From Vulcanimicrobiota bacterium (GTDB taxonomy: Bacteria > Vulcanimicrobiota > Vulcanimicrobiia > Vulcanimicrobiales > Vulcanimicrobiaceae), in NCBI GenBank assembly GCA_963723515.1, contig CAVRQT010000003.1, forward strand, positions 96,001 to 160,000: a stretch of 64,000 nucleotides of DNA. Direction: 5' to 3'. This document shows, piece after piece, positions 10,943-20,160 of this stretch (positions within the stretch are counted from its first letter, which is position 1; each line of letters starts with the position of its first letter). The notes below the pieces were generated by a model. That model saw nothing but the letters and a program-made list of their open reading frames with translations. It made no database searches and was not told the DNA's origin. A program made the translations under genes and the position numbers.

Positions 10943-12448
10943 GTGCGCCGTTTCGCCAATGCGCGCGTCTACTCATATCTTCCGGATCGCGACGAGTACG
11001 TCGTCTGCTGTGGCCTCGCAGTCGAGGGCGATCGGATCGTTTCGCTCGGCGAAGAGAATGCGCTGAGCGGGAAGACATCGCGCGATCTCGAGGGCCTCAC
11101 GGTGTTGCCGGCGCTTGCGGATTGCCACGTGCATATGGCGGATACCGGATTCACGCTGGGAGCGCGCAACTTGAGCGGCGTCCGCTCCTACGCAGAATAC
11201 TCGGCGGCTGTCGCTGCGCTTGCGCACGGCCACTTTGTTTTCGCCGGAAACTACGATGAAAGCGATTGGAACGACGGCCGGCTCGCCGATGCTGCGCCGC
11301 TCGAACGGTTCTTTTCGGATTCGCTCGCGATGCTCGTGCGAATTGACGGCCATTCGTGCATTGTTAACCGCAAGACGCTGCAGTGGCTTTCCTTGCCGCC
11401 AAATCTTCGCGGCATCGAGAAGAACGAGGGCGGAGAGCCAACCGGAAAGCTTTTCCTGGACGCGAGCTGGAAGGCGCAGTTTGCTTTCTTTGGCGCGATT
11501 CCTGAGGAGATGCGGCGCGCCGCCGAAGCGAGCGCAACGGAAATCGCGCTTTCTCGCGGCGCCGTGCATCTGCACGCGCAACTCGTCGGTTTCCGAAAAG
11601 ATCAATACGCCGGCGAGGTTGAAGCGCTGCGTCGCCTCGCTGGCCCCAAATGGTATCCGAAGATCTGCGAGCCCGACCCATCGCTCGCCAAATCGTTGGG
11701 TCTGCCGTTCATCGGCGGAGACGTCTTCTTGGACGGTTCGATCGGAAGTTGCACCGCCGCAGTCAGCGAGCCGTTCACGACCGGCGGTCATGGGCAAGGG
11801 TGTGGCGCGCTTAACTTCGATGATGATGCGCTCTTCCGGTACTTCGACGAAGCGGAGCGCATCGGCATCTCCGCCGGCGTGCATGCCATCGGCGATCGCG
11901 CGATCGAGCAATGCATCGCGACTTGGGAACGCGTCCTCGATGGAAAGCCGACGCAGCAGCGCCATTTCATCGAGCATTTTGAGATCGCGCGGCAAGATCA
12001 CATCGAGCGCTGCGTGCGATTAGGGATCTATCTCTCAATGCAGCCGCAGTTCGATTTATTGTGGGGCGGTGCAGGCAATATGTACGAGCAGCGGCTCGGC
12101 GCCCAGCGAATGCGCACGATGAATGCTCTTGGGCGCGCACAGCGTGCCGGTGCGGTGCTATGCGGCGGCGATGACAGCCCGGTCTGCGACCTTTCGCCGC
12201 TCTTAGGCATGCACGCCGCAGTGCATCATCATGAACCGCAAGAACGCTTGACCCCGGCGCAAGCGCTGACGATGTACACGTACAATGCGGCGCGTCTCGC
12301 GCACGTCGAAGATCAAACAGGGAGGCTTGCTCCCGGCCTTGCGGCGGACTTCGTCGTGCTCGATCGCGATCCGATGCAGGACGGTGACTTCGCGAGCGCC
12401 ACCGTTCTCCAGACTTGGAGCAACGGCGAACTCGTGTACGAGCGCTAG
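10943..12448 (+). CDS. Amidohydrolase 3 family protein (YtcJ-like)
   Basis: PALADCHVH, DGHS, FLDGSIGS, VHAIGDRA, IEH, MQPQF, G..ADFVVLDRD; start may be ATG 10919. Confidence 0.88.
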   Translation: MRRFANARVYSYLPDRDEYVVCCGLAVEGDRIVSLGEENALSGKTSRDLEGLTVLPALADCHVHMADTGFTLGARNLSGVRSYAEYSAAVAALAHGHFVFAGNYDESDWNDGRLADAAPLERFFSDSLAMLVRIDGHSCIVNRKTLQWLSLPPNLRGIEKNEGGEPTGKLFLDASWKAQFAFFGAIPEEMRRAAEASATEIALSRGAVHLHAQLVGFRKDQYAGEVEALRRLAGPKWYPKICEPDPSLAKSLGLPFIGGDVFLDGSIGSCTAAVSEPFTTGGHGQGCGALNFDDDALFRYFDEAERIGISAGVHAIGDRAIEQCIATWERVLDGKPTQQRHFIEHFEIARQDHIERCVRLGIYLSMQPQFDLLWGGAGNMYEQRLGAQRMRTMNALGRAQRAGAVLCGGDDSPVCDLSPLLGMHAAVHHHEPQERLTPAQALTMYTYNAARLAHVEDQTGRLAPGLAADFVVLDRDPMQDGDFASATVLQTWSNGELVYER

Positions 12449-12454
12449 GAAGAC

Positions 12455-13540
12455 TTAGATCAGCGAGATCGTTTGCTTCTCTTTGGGAATCGACTCAACG
12501 GAGCGCAGCAGCGCGGCCGCGAGTTCGTCGCAGACGGGATCGTCGAGCTCTTCGATGCGTCCTTCATCCGCAAGCAGCGCCTTGAGCGGATCGATCGGCA
12601 TGCGGGCAAGAACCGGCGCTTGTGCCAGTTCAGCAACGCGATCCGCGTACGATGGCCCGAAAACTTCGTACCGTTTGCCGGTATCCGGCGCGACGTAGTA
12701 TGACATGTTCTCAACGACGCCCAAGATCGGCTTCTTCAACTGATGAACGAGGTTCGCAGCCTTGCGTACGATCATCGTTGCCAGCATCTGCGGCATCGTG
12801 ACGAGCACGACGCCGTCGATCGTGAGCGATTGCAGGACCGTCAGGGGCGCATCGGATGTTCCGGGCGGAAGATCGATCAGCAACACATCGAGATCGCTCC
12901 ACGTGACCTGCTCGTAGAACTGGCGAATGACGCCCGAGACGATCGGTCCGCGCCACACCATCGCGGTGTCTTCCTGATCCGTGAGCAGATTTGCGCTGAC
13001 GATTTCGATCGCGCTGCGCGAGATCGCCGGCACGAGCAACGGGCGCTTTTTCCCATCCGCACCGGGCGGCGCCTCCGGATCTTCTCGAATGACGAGCGGC
13101 TTTCGCAAGCCGAAGAGTCGCGGAATCGAAGGCCCCGTGATGTCGGCGTCCAGGATGCCGATGGTCAGGTTGCGCCGGCGCAGGCCAACCGCCAGCAGCG
13201 CCGTCACGAGCGACTTCCCCACGCCGCCCTTTCCCGACATGATCGCGACGACGTACTTGAATGCGGCGCGTCGAGCGAAGGCGCTTGGCGGACGCATTAT
13301 CGGACGTCGGTCTTCATTATTAATCAGCGGGACGCGTCCCGAAAGGCGGGCTTGAACCAGCGCCGTGACGATCGGCTCAACGCGCAGTCCGTGGGCGCGT
13401 GCGCCCTGTTCGATCGTCTCGTAGCGGTTGACCCCGCAGCCCGCGCAGTGCAGCCCGAAAACCGAAAGCACATCCGGCGCGATCGGCAAATCGGCAACGA
13501 GTTGACGGATATTCGTTTCAGGGGCGATCGTGAGGGGCAT
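12455..13540 (-). CDS. mrp: Mrp/NBP35 (ApbC) P-loop NTPase with N-terminal DUF1858-like domain
   Basis: SGKGGVGKS, DADITGPSIP, WRGP, DLPPGTSD, VVENMS; N-terminal FGLHCAGC...ETIEQGARAHG. Confidence 0.9.
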   Translation of the reverse strand: MPLTIAPETNIRQLVADLPIAPDVLSVFGLHCAGCGVNRYETIEQGARAHGLRVEPIVTALVQARLSGRVPLINNEDRRPIMRPPSAFARRAAFKYVVAIMSGKGGVGKSLVTALLAVGLRRRNLTIGILDADITGPSIPRLFGLRKPLVIREDPEAPPGADGKKRPLLVPAISRSAIEIVSANLLTDQEDTAMVWRGPIVSGVIRQFYEQVTWSDLDVLLIDLPPGTSDAPLTVLQSLTIDGVVLVTMPQMLATMIVRKAANLVHQLKKPILGVVENMSYYVAPDTGKRYEVFGPSYADRVAELAQAPVLARMPIDPLKALLADEGRIEELDDPVCDELAAALLRSVESIPKEKQTISLI

Positions 13541-13573
13541 GGCTGATTCTTCCGTCTTGAGAAGGCGACTCCG

Positions 13574-14296
13574 TTGAATACAAACCGATCGCCGGACCTT
13601 TCGTTTGCGGATCACGACACGTTACGCCGGCTCGGTGCGAGGCTAATCGTGAGGGACGACCCTGCTTTTCCGGCCGGCTTACGTGAACTCGAGGATCCAC
13701 CGCATCTTCTCACCGTGCTCGGAGAGTTGCCTTTGCGAGGCGTCGCCATCGTCGGGAGCCGGCGTCCGCCGCAAGAAGCCGCCGAATTCGCATTTGCGCT
13801 GGCCCAACGCATCGCCGAACCGGTGATCAGCGGTTTGGCGAGCGGAGTTGATAGTGCCGCGCACCGCGGAGCGCTCGCGGGCGGAGTCCAAACGCTTGCA
13901 TACATAGGAAGCGGCGTAGCGGCGATCTTTCCACCTGAAAATCAGCCGCTCGCACAAGAGATTGTCCGCAGCGGCGGCGGCATCGCGTCGGCCGAGTTGC
14001 CGAACGCGCTCGTTTCAGATCGTGCGCTCGTGCGGCGTGACGGTTTTCAGGCGGCTCATGCTCGTGCAGTCGTGTTGGTCTGTTCGGAAGCAGGCGGCGG
14101 CGCGATGCATACGATGCGATTCGCGAAGCGCTTGCAGCGCGGACGGTTCGCGATTGTACCAAAGGACGGCGCACAATACTTCGGGAACAGAATCGCCCTC
14201 TCGGCCGGCGCTACGGCGCTTCCTTGGAATATCGAGGATGCGTTACGCGTGCTGCACGAAACGACAAGCGAATCAAGCAATGCCGCATCGATATAA
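13574..14296 (+). CDS. dprA: DprA/Smf (SLOG) family protein, core domain only
   Basis: L.ELEDPP, VAIVGSR, VISGLASGVDSAAHRGAL, GGAMHT. Confidence 0.8.
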   Translation: MNTNRSPDLSFADHDTLRRLGARLIVRDDPAFPAGLRELEDPPHLLTVLGELPLRGVAIVGSRRPPQEAAEFAFALAQRIAEPVISGLASGVDSAAHRGALAGGVQTLAYIGSGVAAIFPPENQPLAQEIVRSGGGIASAELPNALVSDRALVRRDGFQAAHARAVVLVCSEAGGGAMHTMRFAKRLQRGRFAIVPKDGAQYFGNRIALSAGATALPWNIEDALRVLHETTSESSNAASI

Positions 14297-14681
14297 TCCC
14301 CTTTTTACGCCTGAAAACGTCCGCTGTGCGCGAGAAGATCGGGGCGCAGTGCTTCACCGCCTCCCTTTTGGCGTCATCATCGTCGATCGGAATGCCAAGA
14401 TCGTCGACTACAACGAAAATGAAGATCTCTCTACGGTCAAGCAAGATCTGATCGGAAAGAATTTCTTCGAAGAGGTCGCTCCGTGGGCTGCGGTCGACGC
14501 ATTCAAGCGCCGCTGGGACGAGTTCATCTCGTCGCAAGAGACGCTTTTGATGCCGTTCGATTTCACGCTGCCCGGTTCGAAGGGGCCGGTTGAGGTAACG
14601 GTGATGTTTGTGCGCGTCAATTTCGACTCAGATCACGCGACAATTTGCATCGCGCGTAAAGCCGAAGTCCCAAGCGCGTAA
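14280..14681 (+). CDS. Single PAS-domain protein, photoactive yellow protein homolog (Cys69 position is Trp)
   Basis: LPFGVIIVDRNAKIVDYNENE...LIGKNFFEEVAPW...FDFT aligns by eye to the PYP motifs FGAIQLD, YNxxE and GKNFFxDVAPC. Confidence 0.75.
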   Translation: MPHRYNPLFTPENVRCAREDRGAVLHRLPFGVIIVDRNAKIVDYNENEDLSTVKQDLIGKNFFEEVAPWAAVDAFKRRWDEFISSQETLLMPFDFTLPGSKGPVEVTVMFVRVNFDSDHATICIARKAEVPSA

Positions 14682-15996
14682 GGGCGCTGCGCCCGCGAGC
14701 GCGCTGGCGGGCGGCTGCAGTTCGCCCGTCCGGGCGGGTGCCGCGGTCGGCGGAGCACCCTTCATTCAGTCGCACGCGAAAGGCGCGTACGCGTTCGACG
14801 AAAATGGCCGCCGCTACATCGACTACATCATGGCGTACGGGCCGCTTCTTTTCGGGCATGCCCATCCTCGTTTTTCAACGGGTCTGGATGCAATCGCTGA
14901 GCGTGGAGCGCTGTTCGGGTCAACGCACGTTGAAGAGCTTGCGCTTGCAAAGCGGATTGCCGGACATCTTCCGTCGATGCAGCGCGTCCGTTTCACGACG
15001 ACCGGCACGGAAGCCGTTATGTCGGCAATCCGCGTTGCGCGCGCGTTCACCGGCCGCGAGCTGGTCGTGCGCTTTGCCGGGAACTACCATGGCCACTTCG
15101 ATCTGGTGCTTTCTCGTGCGGGCGCATCGGCCGCGCAAAACGGCAAACCAACCGCCTGTGCTGAGCTGCGTCGAAGCGGAATTACGCGCGCCGCGATCGG
15201 CGATGCGATCGTCACACGATACAACGATCTCGATGCGTTCGACCACGCCGTTCGAGGACGCGAGATGCAAATTGCGGCGATCCTCGTCGAGCCGATCGCG
15301 GCCAACATGGGACTCGTCCACCCCGTCCGCGGCTTCTTGGAAGGGCTGCGCCGCAGAGCCGATCGCTTTGGCGCGGTGCTGATCTTTGATGAAGTGATTA
15401 CCTGGCTGCGCTTGGGGTTGGGCGGCGCGCAGCGACGTTTGCAGCTCCGACCCGATCTGACGACGCTCGGAAAAGTTCTCGGCGGCGGTTATCCGATTGC
15501 TGCGTTCGGCGGAAGAGCCGATGTCATGCGCGAGCTCGCGCCTGAGGGCGCAACCTTCACCGGCGGGACGCATGCCGGCAATACGTTGTCAGTCGCAATG
15601 GCGCATCGAACGCTCGATCTGCTGGAATTGCATCCCGAGTATTATCGCTCGATGGCGCAACGAGCAACGCAGCTTGCCGCCGGTTTGCAGTCAATCATTG
15701 CTTCACACGGATTTCCGTATCAGGTCGTTCAAGACGAGAGCATCGTCGATTTCAAGTTTCGAGAGGGCGTCACGCGCAATTGGGAGGATGCATGCGGGGC
15801 AGACGCATCGGCGTATGCAGCGTACTACCACGAAATGCGAAAGCGCGGCGTGCTTTTACCGCCGTCTCAAAATGAACTGATGTTTCTCTCGATTGCTCAC
15901 AGCGCCGCAGACATCGCCGAAACGCTGAACGCGGTCGACGAGGCGTTCGCTCAACTTAAGCGGCGGAAGCCGGTTGGTCAGCGCACGCGCAGGTAG
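14608..15996 (+). CDS. hemL: Glutamate-1-semialdehyde 2,1-aminomutase; start uncertain
   Basis: GGCSSPVRA, YGPLLFGHAHP, GTEAVMSAIRVAR, GNYHGHFD, LIFDEVIT, DLTTLGKVLGGG (PLP Lys). Confidence 0.88.
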   Translation: MCASISTQITRQFASRVKPKSQARKGAAPASALAGGCSSPVRAGAAVGGAPFIQSHAKGAYAFDENGRRYIDYIMAYGPLLFGHAHPRFSTGLDAIAERGALFGSTHVEELALAKRIAGHLPSMQRVRFTTTGTEAVMSAIRVARAFTGRELVVRFAGNYHGHFDLVLSRAGASAAQNGKPTACAELRRSGITRAAIGDAIVTRYNDLDAFDHAVRGREMQIAAILVEPIAANMGLVHPVRGFLEGLRRRADRFGAVLIFDEVITWLRLGLGGAQRRLQLRPDLTTLGKVLGGGYPIAAFGGRADVMRELAPEGATFTGGTHAGNTLSVAMAHRTLDLLELHPEYYRSMAQRATQLAAGLQSIIASHGFPYQVVQDESIVDFKFREGVTRNWEDACGADASAYAAYYHEMRKRGVLLPPSQNELMFLSIAHSAADIAETLNAVDEAFAQLKRRKPVGQRTRR

Positions 15997-16427
15997 CGGC
16001 CGAGCACGACGGCCGTTCCCTTGCCGGGCACGCTGCGGACTGCGAAAATATCGCTGCAGCGCTCCATGATGGGCAAGCCGCGGCCGCGCTCCGCAAACTC
16101 GTCGGGCAGCGGTGTCTTCGGCAGCGGATCCGTAATGAACCCGCGGCCCGAATCGGTGATCGTGGCCACGATCTTATCGTGTTCGATCCGGCATACGATC
16201 TCGATTGCGTCGCGCGATCCGGAATGTTCGATCGCGTTGGCAATCGCCTCGCCAAGCGCAAAGACGAAATCCTCGAGGTCGCAGATTGCAATGCGATGCC
16301 GATGCGCAAACGCGATGACCTCATCGCGGGCACTCTTGCCGTAGCGAGCGTTCGGCGGAATGCAGACGCGGAGCGAAGGACTCTGCGTTCGCCCGTTGCC
16401 AAAGTGCGATTCCGCGCGCTCCATCAA
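15978..16427 (-). CDS. RsbW/SpoIIAB-like anti-sigma factor Ser/Thr kinase (HATPase_c_2)
   Basis: ALGEAIANAIEH, ITDSGRGF, ERGRGLPIM, GKGT. Confidence 0.85.
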   Translation of the reverse strand: MMERAESHFGNGRTQSPSLRVCIPPNARYGKSARDEVIAFAHRHRIAICDLEDFVFALGEAIANAIEHSGSRDAIEIVCRIEHDKIVATITDSGRGFITDPLPKTPLPDEFAERGRGLPIMERCSDIFAVRSVPGKGTAVVLGRYLRVR

Positions 16428-16446
16428 CCTAAGCAGTATCGCCCTT

Positions 16447-16470
16447 ATACCCCTCGTACGGCGGATAAAC
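16447..16470 (-). promoter_or_regulatory. SigB/SigF-type promoter GTTTAT-N12-GGGTAT
   Basis: Minus strand reads GTTTAT CCGCCGTACGAG GGGTAT about 20 bp upstream of the anti-sigma gene. Confidence 0.6.
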
Positions 16471-16532
16471 GTGGTTCTACGGCTTTTTAGAGTCGAATGG
16501 CCTAATGCATCGCAAAGCCGAATGAGCGATAC

Positions 16533-16811
16533 GTGACGGTAGATCGCGAGCGGTCCTACGTCTACGTGCTCATTTGTGCCGACGGTTCACTGTATACCGG
16601 TTGGTGTCGCGACCTGGATCGCCGGATGAAGGCCCACCGCGTTGGCCGCGGCTCAAAGTACGTCAGATCGCGGTTGCCGTGCCGACTGGCAACTTTTTGG
16701 GCGGTCGCAAACCCGTCCGTGGCCAAAAAAGAGGAGGCGGCTTTCAAACGGCTGCGGCGTCCGGCAAAGCTGCGCGCGTTGAAAGATAAGATACTCAAGC
16801 GCCGTTCTTGA
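16533..16811 (+). CDS. Small GIY-YIG nuclease (UPF0213/YazA-like)
   Basis: YVYVLICADGSLYTGW...RRMKAH..GRGSKY.RSRLP. Confidence 0.9.
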   Translation: MTVDRERSYVYVLICADGSLYTGWCRDLDRRMKAHRVGRGSKYVRSRLPCRLATFWAVANPSVAKKEEAAFKRLRRPAKLRALKDKILKRRS

Positions 16812-17670
16812 CATGCCAATAGACGGCATTTGCAATTGCGCCGATTCCGTGAAGCGCGCCGGCATAGTTCGTCAAGTATTTCGTCAACACGCATAAGATA
16901 AAAGGGGTGTCCCCAAAGGGATCGACGATCGCGGCGTCGTTACGGACGCCGTCCACTTCCCCGGTCTTGTTGGCGATTGGAACACTGGCCGGAATTCCGG
17001 CCGGAATTTTGTCGCGATCGGTTTGACCCAGCATGATGTCGATCATCCGCCGGCATGCGCGGGAAGAGGCGACCGTGTCGAGCCCTTCCCGCGAGCCGCG
17101 CTCGATCTGGTAGAGCAGCATACCGATGTCGCGCGGCGTCGTGACGTTCTCGTGATGGTGCACGATCGCGCTATAGTCGAGGAAATGGCGACGCAGATGC
17201 GTCTGTTCGAGCCCCGCGGCGGCGATCGTTTTATTGATCGATTCGAAACCGAAGTGAGTAATCAACGAGTTTGCGGCGCTATTGTCGCTGAGCCGGATCA
17301 TCGGCACGAGGAGCTGCTCGACCGTGAAGCGTTCGCCGCCCCGCGCGCCGGCTAAGAACGGCGAACCGCCGACAAGGTCGGAACCCCGAATCGCTACCAC
17401 GCTGTCGAGAGCGTTTGCGTGATGATCCTGAGCGCGAAACGCCGTGAGCATGATCAAGAGTTTGATGACCGATGCCGCAGGGAAGACGACCTGGGCATTG
17501 TACGCGACGAGCGCTGAACCGGGCGCCATCGTTCTGGCAAAGATTCCCGCCGCTCCCGGCATATCGTCAACGATCGCGCTGAGATTGAGTTCGTCGGCGC
17601 GGGCGCGCCATGGAGGTATTGCAAAAAGCGCGGCGGTGGCGGAGAGGAACGTCAACCGATCCACACGCAT
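16795..17670 (-). CDS. Class A beta-lactamase-related serine hydrolase, exported
   Basis: AASVIK (SxxK), SDNSAAN, TTPRD, NKTG, RNDAAI; TGATG overlap with the upstream permease. Confidence 0.88.
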   Translation of the reverse strand: MRVDRLTFLSATAALFAIPPWRARADELNLSAIVDDMPGAAGIFARTMAPGSALVAYNAQVVFPAASVIKLLIMLTAFRAQDHHANALDSVVAIRGSDLVGGSPFLAGARGGERFTVEQLLVPMIRLSDNSAANSLITHFGFESINKTIAAAGLEQTHLRRHFLDYSAIVHHHENVTTPRDIGMLLYQIERGSREGLDTVASSRACRRMIDIMLGQTDRDKIPAGIPASVPIANKTGEVDGVRNDAAIVDPFGDTPFILCVLTKYLTNYAGALHGIGAIANAVYWHVKNGA

Positions 17671-18464
17671 CAGCTGCCGGTTCCTTGATAGTGGTTGAGG
17701 CCGACGCGCCAAAACGCATACGAGACGGCGAGCCAAGCGATGCCGATCAGCGGGGTCAGCAGGCCAACTTGTGGCGCTAAGGAGAGACCGCTTTGCGCCT
17801 TATGCAAGAAGTACGTCGCCGGAAAGTAGTTCATGAACGCGAACGGCAGCACGAATGTGAGCACGAAACGCACGGCGCGCGTGTAGATGCTGATCGGATA
17901 GCGCGTAAACTCCTGCTCCAGCGACATGACGACCCAGCGTAGCGTGTCGACGCGAACGAACCAAAAAGAGAGCGTCGCCACGACAAGTGAAATGCCGAGA
18001 TCGATGAGCGCGCCGCCGATCACAATCAGCGGAACGAGCAGAACGAATGCCAGGTCAACCTGCACCTTTGTGTATTGCGTCGCGAAGATGAAGAAGACGA
18101 TCCCGAGGACCAGTTCGTCCGGCCAGATCTGCTGCGGCACGGTCAGCGTTTGAAAGAGCGTGTCGAGGGGCCGCACCAAGAAGCGGTCGAAACGGCCCTC
18201 TCGCACGTATTCGGGAACGCTGACGATCGTAAAGAAGAACGTGTTATGGATCGCGTGGCCGAGCATCCAAAGCGCGTAGAGAAATGCCATCTCGCGAAAG
18301 TTCCAGCCGTTCATCGACGGGAATTGACGCAGCGTTACATAGAGTGCCGCGATCGCCGTTCCGTGGTAGACGAGCGTGAATGCGAGCCACATCAAGAAAT
18401 TGGCGCGATACTCGAGCATCGTCAGGAAGTTGATGCGCCAATATTGCTTGTACGTCGCGAGCAT
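17670..18464 (-). CDS. ABC-2 type permease (DUF990 family), subunit 2
   Basis: EYRANF, GRFDRFLVRP, YPISIY, YQGTGS C-terminus. Confidence 0.88.
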   Translation of the reverse strand: MLATYKQYWRINFLTMLEYRANFLMWLAFTLVYHGTAIAALYVTLRQFPSMNGWNFREMAFLYALWMLGHAIHNTFFFTIVSVPEYVREGRFDRFLVRPLDTLFQTLTVPQQIWPDELVLGIVFFIFATQYTKVQVDLAFVLLVPLIVIGGALIDLGISLVVATLSFWFVRVDTLRWVVMSLEQEFTRYPISIYTRAVRFVLTFVLPFAFMNYFPATYFLHKAQSGLSLAPQVGLLTPLIGIAWLAVSYAFWRVGLNHYQGTGS

Positions 18465-18517
18465 TACGTCAAGAATCCATCACGATCTCAGCATCGACAC
18501 GAGCGTCGCAAGCCACG

Positions 18518-19417
18518 GTGAGCCGTTCCGTGTTTCGTGTCGAAGTTCCGGTCAAGGAACCGTTCGATCTACGGTTGACCGCGCGGGCGCTGCAGCGCCT
18601 GGGAAACAACGCCGTCGACGTCATCAGCGCAGACGGCACGTATCGGCGCGCGTTGCAGGATCGCGGTCATACCATTGCCGTGCGCGTGCGTCAAATTGCG
18701 CCGCAGGAACTGGATGTCGCTTTCGCCGGCGCACGCACCGCTCGGCTCCTGCCGACGATCGAGCGGATGTTCGCTATCGACCTTCGGTTGCGTTCGTGGG
18801 AGACGCGTGTCGCCTCGATCCCATGGTTGCGCGATTTGGCCCGGGCGCACCGCGGATTGCGCCCGCCGCGCTACCCGACGCTCTGGGAAGCCGTCGCGCA
18901 TGCGATCGTCTTTCAGCAAATCAGCCTGCATGCCGCGGCGGCGATCATGTACCGCTTCGTGCGAGCGTTGGCGACGCCGATCGAAGACGAGCGCATCGTT
19001 CTCTTTCCGTTTCCTGATGTTCGCGCGGTTGTCGAAGCACCGATGAACCAGTTGCAACACGCTGGACTGAGCGCGAACAAAGCTCGCGCGCTCAAGGAAG
19101 CCGCGAACGCTTTCGCGGAGCGCAAAATCAACGAAGCAACGCTGCAGCGGCTGCCGAGCGCCGAGGCAATCGCGGCGCTCAGCCGCTTGCGCGGGATCGG
19201 GCCGTGGAGCGCAACGGTGATCTTGCTGCGCGGGCTTGGGCGGCTTGACGTCTTTCCGCTCAACGATACGGGCGTCGCCGCGACGATCAAGGTGCTGTCC
19301 GGCAGCGCAACCGTTGACCTCGATGAGCTGCTCTTGCGCTTAGGCGATCAGCGCGGCATGCTCTATTTCCACCTATTGATCGGGCGGCTGGCTCACGCAG
19401 AAAGGCTCAAGAAATGA
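18518..19417 (+). CDS. alkA: DNA-3-methyladenine glycosylase II (AlkA/HhH-GPD family)
   Basis: LWEA..AIVFQQIS, GLSANKA, LRGIGPWSA (HhH), DVFPLND. Confidence 0.88.
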   Translation: MSRSVFRVEVPVKEPFDLRLTARALQRLGNNAVDVISADGTYRRALQDRGHTIAVRVRQIAPQELDVAFAGARTARLLPTIERMFAIDLRLRSWETRVASIPWLRDLARAHRGLRPPRYPTLWEAVAHAIVFQQISLHAAAAIMYRFVRALATPIEDERIVLFPFPDVRAVVEAPMNQLQHAGLSANKARALKEAANAFAERKINEATLQRLPSAEAIAALSRLRGIGPWSATVILLRGLGRLDVFPLNDTGVAATIKVLSGSATVDLDELLLRLGDQRGMLYFHLLIGRLAHAERLKK

Positions 19418-20136
19418 AAACGATTGCCCAAGGCGCGACCTTTACGATTCAGCGCTCGCAGCAACGATACTTTGCAGACCATGGGTGGCTGCAAACGTAT
19501 CACTCGTTCAGCTTCGCGGATTACTTCGATCCGCACAACGTGCAATGGGGCGCGCTACGCGTTTTCAACGACGATCGCATCGCCGCCGCGCAAGGGTTTC
19601 CGCCGCATCCGCATCGCGACATGGAAATTTTGACGTACGTCCTTTCGGGCGAGCTCGAGCATCAGGACAGCATGGGAAATCGCGGCGTCGTGAGCGCCGG
19701 TGGCGTGCAATTCATGAGTGCCGGCACGGGCGTCCGCCACAGCGAATTCAATCATTCGAAGAGCGATGAACTGCACTTGGTGCAGATGTGGGTCCTACCT
19801 GGAAGAGCCGGTACGCGGCCCAGTTATGGCCAGAAAGATTTCACGGCGGACGATCGGCGCAACCGGTGGCTCGTCATTGCCGGGGGCCAGCAATCTGTGG
19901 AGGCTCCGATCGCCCTGACGCAAGACGCTACCCTACGCGTTGCAAGCATCGCGAATGCGTCGCTGAGGTATCAATTTGCGCCGAAGCGCTATGGCTTCTT
20001 GTTTGCCGCTGCCGGGCCGATCATCGTCAATGGCGAGACCATCAATGAAGGGGACGCGGTGCGTCTTTACGACATCCCGGAACTGGAAATCTCGGGCAGC
20101 GGCGAGATCGTTTTCTGGGATCTGCCCGCAGCGTAG
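19414..20136 (+). CDS. Pirin family protein (YhhW-like)
   Basis: HSFSFADY, LRVFNDD, HPHRDMEI, QFMSAGTGVRHSE. Confidence 0.93.
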   Translation: MKTIAQGATFTIQRSQQRYFADHGWLQTYHSFSFADYFDPHNVQWGALRVFNDDRIAAAQGFPPHPHRDMEILTYVLSGELEHQDSMGNRGVVSAGGVQFMSAGTGVRHSEFNHSKSDELHLVQMWVLPGRAGTRPSYGQKDFTADDRRNRWLVIAGGQQSVEAPIALTQDATLRVASIANASLRYQFAPKRYGFLFAAAGPIIVNGETINEGDAVRLYDIPELEISGSGEIVFWDLPAA

Positions 20137-20160
20137 CGCCGCGAAAGTTCGGGCGGGAAG

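Noticed and set aside
13574..16811. DprA plus GIY-YIG as an anti-phage defence island
   Set aside because: Both look like ordinary chromosomal types, are separated by housekeeping genes, and have no partner defence genes or mobile context.
16795..17670. Antibiotic-resistance beta-lactamase call
   Set aside because: SxxK/SDN/KTG are present but no clear Glu166 omega-loop motif is visible; only a family-level call is supported.
18465..18517. Possible remnant of the permease 1 3' end (WLATLVSML) upstream of permease 2
   Set aside because: Similarity is too short and weak to distinguish from chance.
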